Below, piece after piece: positions 1 through 13,082 of a stretch of DNA of 64,000 bases. The stretch comes from Azolla caroliniana. Its lineage: Eukaryota; Plantae; Polypodiophyta. The notes under the pieces are model-generated. The model made no database searches and was not told the DNA's origin. It was given only the letters and a program-made list of their open reading frames with translations. The position numbers and the translations under genes are program-made. How positions within the stretch are numbered: position 1 is the stretch's first letter; each line of letters begins with the position of its first letter. The DNA lies in assembly GCA_043228905.1 (NCBI GenBank), contig JBHGNT010000020.1, positions 2,356,001-2,420,000 of the forward strand, in the 5' to 3' direction.

Positions 1-1
1 A

Positions 2-2005
2 TTGGACAGGAAAGATGGGCGGGGGTTGGTAAAAAATGCCCCCACGGCAACGGAGACACCAATCGAAGGTGAAGGCTCCGCATCAGCGGAACCGAATACA
101 ACCTTCGAAATCAACCGGGAGCCACGGTCGATTATTACGACTCAGTCCCAATGAGGGAAAGTCGTATTGACAACGGAAATCGAGGTTTTGGCATATCCGG
201 ATTTCCCAGATACGGCCCACGAGTTCAGCGCCCTATTGCAGTTCGGTACTTCTTTTGAGCTCATGGAGTTCCTGGCAACACAATAGGTCAAAGCCGCCCA
301 ACGAATGGCCGAGGAGTATGCGGAACGCCAGATGATCGAGTGCGCCCTAACACAAACAACGGAGAGCGACGATGAGGACCGGCTAGCCAGGGTCGGCAAA
401 CAAAGGAACGCCGTGGTACGGCGAGTGGGGATGAAGATACCGCCCTTAAACACGGCCCTAGTCGAAGTCCATCGGGAACTGGCAAAGATCAGCACGAGCG
501 CCAAGGAGATGGCCATAAAAAATAAGAATGTCTGGAAGAAGGTTAAACTAACCGAAGCCGAACTGCAAAAAGCCAACGCACACATCACGGAGTTGGAAGC
601 TCACGCGACTACGGCGCAACATGCAACCCCGCCACCGAACCACGTCATCTACGCTCTAAAAGAAGAAATCGAGGCTGAGACCGCCATCGCCTCAAAAGCA
701 AAAAGGGTCATGCAGCTAGCGGAATCTGAAATTGACCGTCTTCGAGCAGAACCACGCCAATCCTCAGACAAAGAAAAGGAGATACGGGCTAACGGATGGA
801 AGGCAGTAAAAACTCTTAAAGAGAAACTAGCTACAGAGGTAGCAGCACATCCGGACAAAGGACGACAACGCACAATTACGAGAGGATGCGAAGAAATTGG
901 AAGCGGCAATAGCAATACTTTTGGGCCTTATTAGAAAAAAAAGAAGGTATGGTTCGATGAGCAGTTGGTGGTCGAACAAGATAGAAGGCATCAGCTCGAA
1001 ATCCGCCTAAACAACGAGATGGGGAAATTAGAAGAACATCATACAAAGGAATCCCAGCTGTGGGCGGGCCTGAAGACCACGTATGAGGAAGCAGCAGCCG
1101 TTAAACAACAGGAAATCGCAAATCTCCAGAAGTTGATGGAAGACACACGCAACCGTTGCCAGGCCATCACAGATAGCGTGTGGATTTTTCTCCAAACAAA
1201 TCGGGAGAGGTTCACAGCGCAATTGAAAACGACACTGGACAAAGGATGGATGGTGTGGGTTCCCCAAGCAGTGGAATTGCACTCGTATCGTGCGGACTGG
1301 GAGAACCGGCGAAAAGACGGTCGAGGTTTCTATAAACTAAATGAGGAGAGCATTGCAACCGTATGGGAGGACCTAGCGCAAGACTATCGTGCGCTAGCAG
1401 ACCAACACTCTGAAGAACTTGCACAGCTCTTAGATGATTTTGGTGAAAGTCAGGAGGAGCTATTTCACCAGATCACACAAACTGGCAACACACGCACAAA
1501 CGAGGAATCCATCACGACACCAATTCCGGCCACAGCCAAAGAAGAGGAACCTCAGGCCCGATCATGAGAGATGACAACGAGGGAGAATAGCGGGGACCGA
1601 CGAGCGGAGTTCCCCACAAGACCAGACAGCGAAACCATTACCCAACAAGGGGTCCAGCCACACGAGCCCACACTATCATCAGACCACGCGGAGAACGGTG
1701 CGGACCAAGCGGAATCTCCGCCCCACTCCCAGGAACATACAAAAACGGCCAACACCACGGAGGATGTAACAATGGAGGCAGAGCCGTAGCCGATTGCAAG
1801 CACGACAAGGGCGGAGCCCAACCCACTAACTCAAGAAGAGCCCATCGTACCCAGACCACTCACACACGGCGACGGCGACTCCGGGAGAAACCAGCCCGAC
1901 CAAACAGAGGAGCCACACCACGATGCACCTATAGGCCCTACATCACCTCCGGACGAGGACACCACAGCAGAGCCGAACATCCGGGCCATTTTGGAAGAAG
2001 ATTAA
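2..2005 (+). pseudogene. Disrupted long accessory ORF (coiled-coil, acidic/Pro-rich C-terminus) inside an LTR retrotransposon; 5' end outside the window
   Basis: ORFs 305-934, 965-1567 and 1571-1789 share one frame that runs from base 2 to TAA at 2003-2005 with a few in-frame stops; heptad-like E/K/L/A composition; lies next to LTR A. Confidence 0.65.
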
Positions 2006-2032
2006 GGGATGGGTCCAACGTGCAAAGGCACT

Positions 2033-2049
2033 GTCCCACAGGCGTGCCA
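2033..2049 (-). promoter_or_regulatory. PBS-like sequence complementary to tRNA-Arg 3' end (TGGCACGCCTGTGGGAC)
   Basis: 2 nt from the LTR terminus at 2052; resembles the TGGCACGCC-type tRNA-Arg PBS of Tat-like elements. Confidence 0.7.
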
Positions 2050-2051
2050 AG

Positions 2052-2492
2052 TGTTGTCCGCCGGAATAGTAACCGACGGACAAAAGCGTAGGAATAAGAA
2101 ATTATATAAGAGCATAACGCATGTAATGGTTCACGTAGGAAGCGTGAACGGCTAATTAGACCTTGCATATATAAAGGGCAGAAAATCTCTGATGGAGGGG
2201 CGTGTAATTTTGGGGAATGTAAAGAAACCCCTGATAATAGAATTCTATCTTATCTGATTTTCTGTGTATAGCTACGGCTAGTTCAGTGTGGGTGTCTTGA
2301 ATACTTAAGCGTTGTAGTACGTAAGTGTAACCCTTAATAGGGATTCGGTTGTAGCCGTCTTCCATTATACGTTGATAGGTTATAGGGGTTCTTCCCTTAC
2401 GCATTACGCTTAAACACCTATTCGTTGTTCCACACCCACTTTGAGGTCTAGGTCGAAGGACTGACCGCGGACCGTGTTCCTAAACGGCAACA
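2052..2492. repeat. LTR family A (TGTTG...CAACA, 441 bp)
   Basis: TG..CA inverted termini; closely similar reverse-complement copy at 13521-13960; TATATAAAGGG at about 2168-2178 on +. Confidence 0.9.
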
Positions 2493-2767
2493 ATTCTACG
2501 TATTCTAAAAATTTGACGTATTCTATGTATTTAACAAGTATTTATCATTCAAAAAATGTTTTTTTTTTTTTTTTTAACTTTAAATTTTATGAAGTATTTA
2601 ACATATTTTACAAGTATTCTACACGTATTCTAAGTATTTAACGTATTTAATGTACTTTATCTATAAAATACGTATTCTAAGTATTTAAAAATAAAAGTTA
2701 GAATACTTGTAGAATACTTAGAATACGTATTTTACGCGTATTTTATGCTAAGTATTTTACAACAATG
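2493..2767. mobile_element. Right end of an AT-rich MITE/hAT-like non-autonomous element
   Basis: Many short GTATTCTA/AAGTATTT subterminal repeats in both orientations; ends TTTTACAACAATG directly against Copia coding sequence. Confidence 0.45.
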
Positions 2768-4238
2768 CTTCTGCCATAAGTAAAGGGAGTGCACCTAGAG
2801 AAGTGCGTTGATTGCTTTGTTGGAAAGCAAAATAGAGCAACATTCCAGTCAAGACCACCAAGAAGAAGAGAAGTGCCACTAGAACTAGTACACACGGATG
2901 TGTGTTATGTGGATGCTCCGTCGCATCAAGGCAGACAGTACTTTGTGACTTTCATCGATGACTACAGTCGGATGCTGTGGGCTTTCATACTAAAGTCTAA
3001 AGATCAAGTACTGACATTTTTCAAGGAATTCCAGGCAAGAGTTGAATGGGAGTCAAGACGGAATCTGAAGAGTATTCGAGTCGACAATGGTGGCGAATAT
3101 AAAGGGCAGTTTGAGGAATACTACAAGGCCCGGGATATTCAAATCAAATACATTGTACCAAAGACCCCTATGTTGAATGGGCTTGCAGAGAGGATGAATC
3201 GAACAATCATGGAGTGAGTATGGAGCATGCTCTCTCATGCTAAACTACTGAAATCATATTGGGCTGAGGCGATGTGCACATCGGTTTGCCTAATCAATAG
3301 GTCCCCCTCAGTACCACTGAAAGGTGATGTCCCTCAAGGGTGTGGACAAGAAAGGATGTCTCCTACTGACACTTGAGGGTGTTTAGATGCTTAGTGTATA
3401 TGCATGTTGCAAAGGATCTGAGGTCGAAGCTCGACAGTAAGATGAAACCATGCATATTTATGGGATACTCGGAGGACAAGTTCGGCTACAGGCTATGGAA
3501 CTTAGTCGATAAGAAGGTGGTGAATAGTCCGGATGTAGTTTTCTTGGAAGACAAAACAATTGAGAACTACAAGAAACAGAAGTCGGAATCGACTCCCCAG
3601 TCGCCCTCGACTACCACCTTAAGACTAGCTAAACCGACACAATCGGCTAATCGGAGACAACTAGATGGAAGAGCTGAATTGGATTCTGTTAAGAGCCTAA
3701 CCGCAGGATCAATAGACCAAATCAAGTAAAAAGGAAGAAAATAGATTGGATAGAAGAACCCGTTCCACCCGACCACCCCCGAGCTATGATCTAGACATAG
3801 CCAACCTACCACCAACGTCCCATACCGCCGGATATTAGGATGACTAATACCTTGGAAGAGATAAACACGATCGTCGAGACGAAAGCCTAGCCCGCACCAC
3901 CGGTGTCTACGACAGCAGCCTTCCGACGTGATGATCCTTATGAGGGTAGCTAAGCCTCATATTTATACCTTTTCCTAGGCCCCTTGAATAGATGTGCCTT
4001 TCTAAAAGGCTCTCTATTCATTGGTTGTCTAAATCATGATAGTGCATGCACATATCATTCATTCTATCCAATCATTAGTCCCCTTTTTAATAATAGTGAA
4101 CATACCCTTCACTAATGTAAATATTAGTGACCTACCCTCACCAACGTTATGTGTACATAACATACTCCCCTACTTCAAAAGATTGCACTTTTGCAATATA
4201 AAGTGAGGAAATTGTGCCTTAAGCGAATGCTCGCGTTC

Positions 4239-7200
4239 TCATGTGGCATCATCAATAGGTTTATCCATCCATTTGATCTTGAATAGCCGAATCTCTTTAG
4301 AACATAAACGTTTAGTACGAGAATCAAGAATTCGTTCAGGAACATGAGGTTTGTAAGAAAAATCCTCTAATGTTACAAGATCTTGGATTGTGATGGTGTT
4401 ATCACCAGAGCCTAAAAATGGTTTTAGACGACTGACGTGAAAAACAGGATGAATACCAACGTTACGAGGTAAGGCAAGGTGATGAGCAGATGACCCAACT
4501 CGCTTAAGGATTTCAAATGGGCCACAATATCGTGGAGCTAACTTAGCGCACTTGCCCGTAGATAATGACGTAGAATCAGTCGGGACACGCAAAAAAACTT
4601 TTTGACCAATAGTAAATGCACGAGGACGTCTATCCTGATCAGCATAAAATCGAGCACGATCTTGAGCTGTCTTGACATTTTCTTTGGCAATATGCAACAT
4701 TTGGTTCATGTCTTGCAAAAAATTGTGTGTACTGTCTAATGTATCACGATGAATCGTGACATCAACTGGGGCACGTGGCTGAAAACCATACATCAACATA
4801 AAAGGACTATATCCAGTGGATGTATGTTTAGAGCTATTATAGGCAAATTCTAAGATAGGAAGGTATTGCTCCCACTTAGAAGGGGTTTTTGCTACATAAG
4901 CTCGAAGCATGTCCTCAATAATTTGATTAACTCGTTCAGTTTGTCCATCAGACTGAGGATGATCTGCGGAACTCATGCTCAACGTAGTTTCTAGTTTCTT
5001 AAAGACCTGAGTCCAAAAGTCACTAGTAAACTTGGAATCTCGATCACTAACAATATCCATCGGTAATCCATAAAAACGAAATAACTCATCAACAAATTGA
5101 TAAGCCAACTGTTGAGCGGTTACCGTGGTTTTTGTAGGAATAAATCTAGCTAATTTTGTTAGCCTGTCAACGACAACCCATATGGCATCATGACCCCTCT
5201 GTGTACGAGGTAAACTAACAATAAAATCCATCGAGATACTTTCCCATTTATTGTTGGGAATATCTAAGGGATGTAAAAGACCAGCAGCTTTAAGTCGTTC
5301 CGACTTATTAATCTGACATTGTAAGCATTGAGTTACGTATTTATGCACGTCAGAGCGCATCTTAGGCCAGAAAAAAGTACACGAGATGAGAACGAGTGTG
5401 CGTTGTATTCCAGGATGACCAGCAGATGGTGCATCATGACATTCATGAAAAATTTTCTGTTTAACATTTGGTAAATCTGGAACACAGACCTTTCCACTAC
5501 GGTAGAGCAAACCGTTTGTAATGTGAAAGGTCGCCTTCGAGGGTAGGGTGCTAGTATCGGCATCTAAACCAGATTCGGCTTTCGTCCAGTATTTTGAGAA
5601 ATAACTATCATCAAGGTATTTCCCTCGAAGGTGATCTAAAAGATCAGATTTTATTTCCGTGAAGCTAAGCATGTTAACTTCTTTAATGCGACTAAGAGCA
5701 TCAGCAACGGTGTTCATAGAACCCTTGCGATATCGTATGGAAAAATCAAAATCTTGCATAAGGTCAGCCCAACGGCCTTTACGACCAACAAGATCGGGCT
5801 GGTCACAAAAATACTTTAATGATTGATGGTCTGTTGTAACCACAAATTTATTTCCATAGAGATAGTGCCTCCATGTTTTAAGTGCATGTATCACCGCAAA
5901 CAACTCTTTCTCTTGAACCGAATACCGAGATTGAGCAGCATCAAGCTTCTTACTTTCAAAAGCAATAGGGTGACCACCTTGATAAAGAACGGCACCAATA
6001 GCATAATCACTAGCATCGGTTTCAATTGAGAAAGGCTTAGAAGGGTCTGGTAATAGAAGAGTGGGAGCCTGACACACATGCTCCTTGAGTGTCTCAAATG
6101 ATTTGTCAAGTTGTTCATTCCATGAAATTGGTTTGACAGACTTACGTGGATGACCTTTTAAAAGGTCAGTTAATGGCGTAGTCAATTTGGAATAGTTACG
6201 AATTGATTTTCGTAAAAATCCAACAAACCCTAAGAATGATCTAAGTTCACGAATATTACGAGGAATGGGCCAAAGTTTAACCTTTTCAATACGAGAAGGT
6301 TCAATTTCAACGCCATTTTCTGTAATTAAATGACCTAGGTACACAATAGATTTTTGGAAGAAGTCACATTTTGAATGTTTTGCATAGAAAGAGTTGTCAC
6401 GCAACTTTCGCAAAACAAATCGAACATGTTGAACATGATCTTGCAAGGTACGGCTATATATCAAAATATCATCCAAGAAGACGACAACAAAATCACCGAG
6501 TTGATCTCGGAAAACATCATTCATCGCTTGTTGGAATGTGGCTGGAGCATTAGTCAACCCAAATGGCATGACTAAAAACTCATAATGGCCATAGCGCGTA
6601 CGAAAAGCGGTTTTAGGAATATCATCCTCGGCGATGCGAATCTGATGATAACCAGTTCGTAAGTCAATTTTCGTAAAATATCGAGCCCCGTGCAAACGAT
6701 CAATCAAATCATCGGCACGAGGTAATGGATATGCATTCTTAATTGTCATTTTATTCAAACGGCGATAATTGATACACATTCGCCACGAACCTTCCTTCTT
6801 CTTGACTAATAGAACTGGCGCACCCCAAGGTGATTTACTATACCTAATGTGGCCCATACTCAAGTATTCCTTAAGTTGTTTAGCGATCTCATCCTCTTCT
6901 AATCGACTAAGTCGGTAAGGTGGAATGCTCACAGGAGCAGCCCCAGGGATGAGTTCAATTTGATGGTCCACATTACGTTTAGGTGGTAAAGTAAGCGGTA
7001 ATTCAGTAGGAAACACATCTTGAAAATCCTCTAAAATAGAGTCGAGTAATCGTTGCTCAAAATGTGGTAATTGTGTGGCGTCAATATTAAAATAATAAAA
7101 TTGAACCGCAGGATCAATTACACACGAATAAATTAATGAACTAGAATACTCACTTAAAGATTTAGAAGACACAAGTGAATGAGACGGAAGTTTGGAACAT

Positions 7201-8573
7201 TGAATAAAATGTTTACAATTATTAAGTTCAAATGTGATTGAGGGATTAACCCAATCAATGGACAAAGAAGGGTTTTTATTAAAAAACCAAGGATATCCTA
7301 AAATGACATCTGCGGATTGTAATTTCATAACATGAAAGTCAAGCTTCTCCAAATAAGTATCTATTTGAATTGGCAGTTGACAAACAATGCCACTGATGTA
7401 TTGAACGTTTCCATTTGCCATGTGAACTTGATAGATATGATCACTTGCGTTTATGTGGAGCTCCATTTGCTGCACAAAGTGATCATTAAGAAAATTGTGA
7501 GAACTACCGGAATCAAACAAGAAATGTGCTTGTGTTCCATTGATATATCCGACTGCTCGGAGTAAATCATTAGGTCCAAGTAAATGTGAAGGAAAAGTGC
7601 ATTCACATAAACTTAAGTGATTGGTATGAACTTCAACAATATCAAAAGACTCACCTGTGTGACTCGTAGATTTGTCTTGAGGAGGGGTGTTCATTGACTT
7701 CCTCTCAAGACGACGACAGGTATCCTTTGTGTGGCCCCGCTTCTTGCAATATGCACAGAAGAGGTTCGGTTTCTTTGAGTCGCGGTCAAGAGTGTCACTG
7801 GATTGCTTACGTTTCCCAATGAACTTGACATTCGGAGTTTTGGCGAACTCGGGTTTATTGTGGTCTTTCTTGGAAGTCCTAGGGTATCGTAGCACAATGT
7901 TGACGGCTTCCTCGAAAGTTGTGGGGTCCTTGTCATGGACAATCCAATGATAATCCCCATTGGGAATACCATTCAAAAAACAAGCGACAAACCATTTCTC
8001 ACCCGTAAGTCCCGATTTTTGGATCTGGGTCCGAGCGTGATGCACATAATCCTCGAGAGAGGTAAATGGCTTACTAGACAATGTGAGCAAGTGTTGCGCT
8101 TGTTCGGTTTGAGAAGGTGGCTGCAAGAATTGTTTCTTAAAAACATCAACGAAACCTTCCCAAGTTGTGGGTAAGTTTTTTGCGGTCCTTAGGCCACGCC
8201 ACCAAACAGCAGCTCGGCCACCTAACTCACGACCGACATAACCAATTTTTACTGCATCGGGCTTGGGATGAAGCTCAAAGTGAGACTCCCAACGACCAAG
8301 CCAAGTGCTAATAGCCTCCTCGGTTCTTTCTTTCTTATCTCCCTTGAAAGGCGTGACTACGAAGGAAGGTTCACCTTCTTTCTTGGACTCAATAGTTAAT
8401 TCTTGGAATTTCTTTTCCAATGCCATATTGGCCTGTCTCATTTCGGCCAATTGATTCAAGGTAGTAGTGAGCAATTGCTCAATAGTGATCTCAGCTTGTG
8501 TGCGAGATGCGGATTGGGGTTGAGAGGTCTCATTTGGAGAGATCGTTCCAACTGCGTTCAAAACTTGTTCCAT
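4239..8573 (-). CDS. Gag-Pol polyprotein 1444 aa (Gag, CCHC knuckle, PR, RT, RNase H, IN, truncated chromodomain)
   Basis: [14 protein letters not shown]; LFDSGSSH; [10 protein letters not shown]; [10 protein letters not shown]; HDAPSAGH...CLQC, SMDF, SDRD; GPF; [11 protein letters not shown]. Confidence 0.96.
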   Translation of the reverse strand: MEQVLNAVGTISPNETSQPQSASRTQAEITIEQLLTTTLNQLAEMRQANMALEKKFQELTIESKKEGEPSFVVTPFKGDKKERTEEAISTWLGRWESHFELHPKPDAVKIGYVGRELGGRAAVWWRGLRTAKNLPTTWEGFVDVFKKQFLQPPSQTEQAQHLLTLSSKPFTSLEDYVHHARTQIQKSGLTGEKWFVACFLNGIPNGDYHWIVHDKDPTTFEEAVNIVLRYPRTSKKDHNKPEFAKTPNVKFIGKRKQSSDTLDRDSKKPNLFCAYCKKRGHTKDTCRRLERKSMNTPPQDKSTSHTGESFDIVEVHTNHLSLCECTFPSHLLGPNDLLRAVGYINGTQAHFLFDSGSSHNFLNDHFVQQMELHINASDHIYQVHMANGNVQYISGIVCQLPIQIDTYLEKLDFHVMKLQSADVILGYPWFFNKNPSLSIDWVNPSITFELNNCKHFIQCSKLPSHSLVSSKSLSEYSSSLIYSCVIDPAVQFYYFNIDATQLPHFEQRLLDSILEDFQDVFPTELPLTLPPKRNVDHQIELIPGAAPVSIPPYRLSRLEEDEIAKQLKEYLSMGHIRYSKSPWGAPVLLVKKKEGSWRMCINYRRLNKMTIKNAYPLPRADDLIDRLHGARYFTKIDLRTGYHQIRIAEDDIPKTAFRTRYGHYEFLVMPFGLTNAPATFQQAMNDVFRDQLGDFVVVFLDDILIYSRTLQDHVQHVRFVLRKLRDNSFYAKHSKCDFFQKSIVYLGHLITENGVEIEPSRIEKVKLWPIPRNIRELRSFLGFVGFLRKSIRNYSKLTTPLTDLLKGHPRKSVKPISWNEQLDKSFETLKEHVCQAPTLLLPDPSKPFSIETDASDYAIGAVLYQGGHPIAFESKKLDAAQSRYSVQEKELFAVIHALKTWRHYLYGNKFVVTTDHQSLKYFCDQPDLVGRKGRWADLMQDFDFSIRYRKGSMNTVADALSRIKEVNMLSFTEIKSDLLDHLRGKYLDDSYFSKYWTKAESGLDADTSTLPSKATFHITNGLLYRSGKVCVPDLPNVKQKIFHECHDAPSAGHPGIQRTLVLISCTFFWPKMRSDVHKYVTQCLQCQINKSERLKAAGLLHPLDIPNNKWESISMDFIVSLPRTQRGHDAIWVVVDRLTKLARFIPTKTTVTAQQLAYQFVDELFRFYGLPMDIVSDRDSKFTSDFWTQVFKKLETTLSMSSADHPQSDGQTERVNQIIEDMLRAYVAKTPSKWEQYLPILEFAYNSSKHTSTGYSPFMLMYGFQPRAPVDVTIHRDTLDSTHNFLQDMNQMLHIAKENVKTAQDRARFYADQDRRPRAFTIGQKVFLRVPTDSTSLSTGKCAKLAPRYCGPFEILKRVGSSAHHLALPRNVGIHPVFHVSRLKPFLGSGDNTITIQDLVTLEDFSYKPHVPERILDSRTKRLCSKEIRLFKIKWMDKPIDDAT

Positions 8574-9566
8574 GATGCACGCTGTGGGTATGCAATAAAA
8601 TAAGGAGGTTCAGAAAATACACAAGCAAAATGAATGCTTGAAATTTTGATTGAAAGAACTTTATCCAAGAAAGTATCTCATGTCTTTACCCCTCTAGACA
8701 TATGAGATGTGATTCGAGATCCGATAACTATGGTAACACTATGGTGTTTTAAAAACCATGGGGGAAAACATAGCTAAGATGTATTTCTCGGATCTCTATC
8801 TTGAGTAATCATGGCGGCTCCCCGAGGCTCAACCATGGTTCTTACATCAATGAAATTTCCTAGATAGCCTTATATTAATGCCAACCCATCATGTATTATA
8901 TGGTCGAGAAAGTGTATTACGTGAAAAAACAAGTGCACTCACAAGTAATATTCTAGTCTTGCGAGCAATAAGCAAACGTGATGATAAAATGATAAAATAA
9001 GGCACTACTCATAAGAGTTAAGTAGTGACGAAAACAAGGGTAAAAAAAAAGAACCCATGTGTTACCTACGAAAAAAACAATGTCACAAATAAATGGGAAG
9101 TGCAAGGTATGCACATATACATCCCAATATGATTGTTATAACTTGCACAATTGTGACATAAGCCACAAATTGATACAAGTGATGACGGTGTTGTGCGCAA
9201 AGATGTAATACTCAAATCCATGAGTAAAACATCAATAAGGGAACTCATATGGTTTTACTCGTTTTCTAAGGCTTGATGATAAGAGTTAAACCTAGATGAC
9301 CCGTTGAAAAAAAAATCATTCAACAAGCCACTCCATACGAAAAAATAGTCTACACGTAAAGGTTACATTAAAAATAAACGATGTAAATACTTTATACATG
9401 AAAAGGAAGTGGAAAAAGGAGAGTTAATTGTGGGCGGGTAAATAATAATTACTAGAAAATCATATAAGTGAAACAATACTTATGAAATTAAAATTTAATT
9501 AGAATAATCAACAATTAGGTGTATGGAATCAAACATGCCCTAAGATACGAAACCCTAGGGTAGTTG

Positions 9567-9832
9567 ACATGCACCTCCTCAAGACCACCACATATCCCTA
9601 GATTCGGCCAAGTAATGGCTAATTAAAGAGGAAAGTGGCATAGGTAAGTGACATATACCTCGTCAAGGCCACATCATCCCTTAGAATCGGCCAATTGATG
9701 GCTAATTAAAAAGGAAAGTGGCATATGTAAGCTACATATACCTTGTCAAGGCCACAACATCCCATAGAATCGGCCAATTGATGGCTTAATACAGAGTAGA
9801 GTGGCATAGGTAGGCAACATACACCTCGTCAA
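9567..9832. repeat. About 83-bp tandem repeat, 3 copies plus a partial copy, in the chromovirus 5' leader
   Basis: Units begin ACAT..ACCT.GTCAA at 9567, 9651, 9734 and 9817. Confidence 0.85.
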
Positions 9833-12059
9833 CCGCAGGATCAATAGACCAAATCAAGTAAAAAGGAAGAAAATAGATTGGATAGAAGAACCCGTTCCAC
9901 CCGACCACCCCCGAGCTATGATCTAGACATAGCCAACCTACCACCGACGTCCCATACCGCCGGATATTAGGATGACTAATACCTTGGAAGAGATAAACAC
10001 GATCGTCGAGACGAAAGCCTAGCCCGCACCACCGGTGTCTACGACAGCAGCCTTCCGACGTGATGATCCTTATGAGGGTAGCTAAGCCTCATATTTATAC
10101 CTTTTCCTAGGCCCCTTGAATAGATGTGCCTTTCTAAAAGGCTCTCTATTCATTGGTTGTCTAAATCATGATAGTGCATGCACATATCATTCATTCTATC
10201 CAATCATTAGTCCCCTTTTTAATAATAGTGAACATACCCTTCACTAATGTAAATATTAGTGACCTACCCTCACCAACGTTATGTGTACATAACAGATTCC
10301 GTCAACTCAGATCAACCAACTTAGGAGTTGGAGTTGATGGACCTATTGAATTCGATCGAAGAATACAAATCGAAGTTAGTGAACATCTGACAACCGATCG
10401 ACATGAATGAACCCGAGCCAAGAGAAGAGTTGGCAGAGACATCCGAGCTGGTGCCAACGAAGAATGGAAGGAGATATCCTCTCAGGGAGAAAAGAGCACC
10501 GACAACATATGCTAGTCAATACATCCTCTTGAATGATGAAGGTGACTAGAGTGCTATGACAAAGCCATTACCGACAAGCACAGAGAAAGATGGCTGAGTG
10601 CAATGCAAGACGAAATGGACTCCTTGCATGCAAACTACACCTACAACCTGGTAGAATTATCGAAAGGTAAGAGAGCACTCAGGATCAAATGGTTCTATAA
10701 GGTGAAGACTGGAGAAGTCGACAGTGCGCCTAGGTATAAAGCCCACATAGTGGTGAAGGGGTTCCAATAGAAAAAGGGTTTCGACTTCGATGAGATATTC
10801 GCACCAGTGATGAAGATGACATCCATCCGAACTGTTCTGAGCATGTCTGCCAGCATGAACCTAGAGATCAAACAGTTGGATGTCAAGACAACATTCTTCC
10901 ATGGGGAACTGGATGAAGAGATCTACATGCAATAACCCTAAGGCTTTGAGGAGAAAGGGAAAGAGAACCTGGTGTGTCGACTGAAGAAAAGCTTTTATGG
11001 TCTGAAACAAGCTCCATGCCAATGGTACAAGAAGTTTGAATCCTTCATGGTGGAACATGGGTTCCAAAAAACATAGGAAGATCATTGTGTGTTCCTCAAA
11101 AGGTATGACGAAGGTGACTTCTTTATTCTATTATTATATGTAGATGACATGTTGATAGTCGGTCAAGATACAAGGAAGATCGGGAGCTTGAAGAAAGCCC
11201 TAGGCAAATCGTTTGCCATGAAAGAACTTGGACCGGCTAAACAAATCTTAGGGATGCACATAGTTCAAGATAGAACTAAGACAGTATGTGACAAAGATCC
11301 TAGAGAGGTTCAACATGTCAGAAGCAAAGCCGGTCGGCTCAAGAGGGGAGAAAGAAAAGGTTGAGATGAAGAAAGAACCATATGCCTCAACCGTCGGCAG
11401 TTTAATGTATGTTATGGTCTGCACGAGACCAGATATAGCATTTGTTGTGGGAACAGTATGCCGATATATGAGTAATCCAGGACGAGAACACAGGGCAGTA
11501 GTGAAGTGGATATGCAGGTACTTAAAAGGCAGCTCGGGGGTATGCCTAAGGTATGGTGTCGGAAAACCCATGCTCGAAGGGTTTACCGATTCAGATATGT
11601 CAAGGGATGCAGGCTCGAGCCAATCCACGTCAAGGTACATGATGACCTATGCAGGCGGACCAGTGTCATGGCAGTCACAACCGCAGATGTCTATGGCCTT
11701 GTCGACCACAGAGGCAGAGTATATGGCAATGGTAGAGACCGGCAAGGAGCTGATTTGGATGAAGAGCTTCCTCACTGAACTCGGGATGAAGCAAGAAGAA
11801 TTCTTGTTTCACTCTGATAATCAAAGTGTCATACATCTTGCAAAGAACGCTACATACCACTCTCAGACCAAGCATATACAAAGGAGGTATCACTGGTTGC
11901 GAGAGAAGGTAGATGAAGGAGAGTTTCCCCTCGTGAAGATCCATACCGATGACAATGGATCCGACATGCTCACGAAGAACCTACCATTGGCCAGACTCAA
12001 AGTCTGTCGGCAGAAGAAAGGACTAAACAACTCCCACCCACCGGAGTGAAGGGGGAGTT

Positions 12060-12711
12060 TGTTGGGAATATGTCCCTCTAGTGGGAGGAGCCTACTGTTT
12101 GGGCCAAGAAGTGTTGATAATTGAAGACAAGGAGGATCTAACTATCCGGATGGTGTGCCGATGGTTGAAGAGTTGACTATGAGAAAGTTGACTATGAGAG
12201 TTGACTGGGTGACTCGATAGGAAGGAGATCCAGGTCGAAGACATGACCGACTAGTCGCGCCGACCGGATGGTCGATGACCAAGCCGACTAGTCGAACCGA
12301 CTGGACAGTCGACACTAGAGTCGGCTGATGGCTACTTACTATTATAGATAATAGTAGTAGTGATGTACAGTTGTAAATAGCCCATATGATGTATGATTAT
12401 AATTTCATCTAGGGCAAACGTAGAGCGTGACAACAATGTGTACAAGTGAGAGGAAGAACATTGAGAGAGCAGCGCGATAGGTGTATGTGTAAAACAAAAG
12501 GCGCCAAGAGCCCTGTGAGGGTGATACACTCCATAGAGAGTGTTGTAATCTTCTCCATTTGTATATTCACTGTATAGTGAAGCTCTGTTCCCGTGGTTTT
12601 TTCCCTTATTCAGGGTTTCAACATAAAATCTATGTGCATTGTTTTGTGTGTGCGTCGAGTTGTGTATTCTCAACGTATTCTTCTTGTGGATTAACGATTC
12701 ATTTCTCAACA
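12060..12711 (+). repeat. 3' LTR of the Copia element
   Basis: Starts TGTTGGGAAT right after the PPT, ends TTCTCAACA. Confidence 0.85.
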
Positions 12712-13082
12712 TGAATGATGTAATATGATAGCAAACTTTTATAAATTAGTGGACATGGAATTAAGAGATAGAATTCGTGAAATACAAACATTGCATAATT
12801 CGGATTGGAATGCATTCAATGTCTGAATATGCTCGTGAAAATTTCTCTCGAGTTACTATGCATTCATTCCATGAATGGGTCTTAGAAGAAGATAAAGGAT
12901 TATCTGTGGCTAACATGAAAAAAGAGTTTGATAGATTGTATGGACATTTAATGCTAGAAGAAAGAAATTCTTTGTCTTGGGAAAAGGTTGTTTTATTTTT
13001 GTAGGCAGTTGACAAGAGATATAGAAAAGAGTTGGAACTAATGCTTGAGGTACCAAATACCAACGATGGTATAACTGCATAT

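Larger units (their letters stand above)
3687..10294 (-). mobile_element. Young Ty3/Gypsy chromovirus, TSD GATTC
   Basis: GATTC at 3682-3686 and 10295-10299; near-identical LTRs 3687-4162 and 9831-10294 (one mismatch seen); PPT at 4163-4176. Confidence 0.96.
2768..12711 (+). mobile_element. Ty1/Copia element (Tork/Tnt1-like), 5' part absent, degenerate, split by a Gypsy insertion at 3687-10294
   Basis: IN (LELVHTDVC, FIDDYSR, RVDNGGEY) 2789-3686; RT (LLYVDDMLI) and RNase H 10295-12049; PPT GAAGGGGGAG; 3' LTR. Confidence 0.92.
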
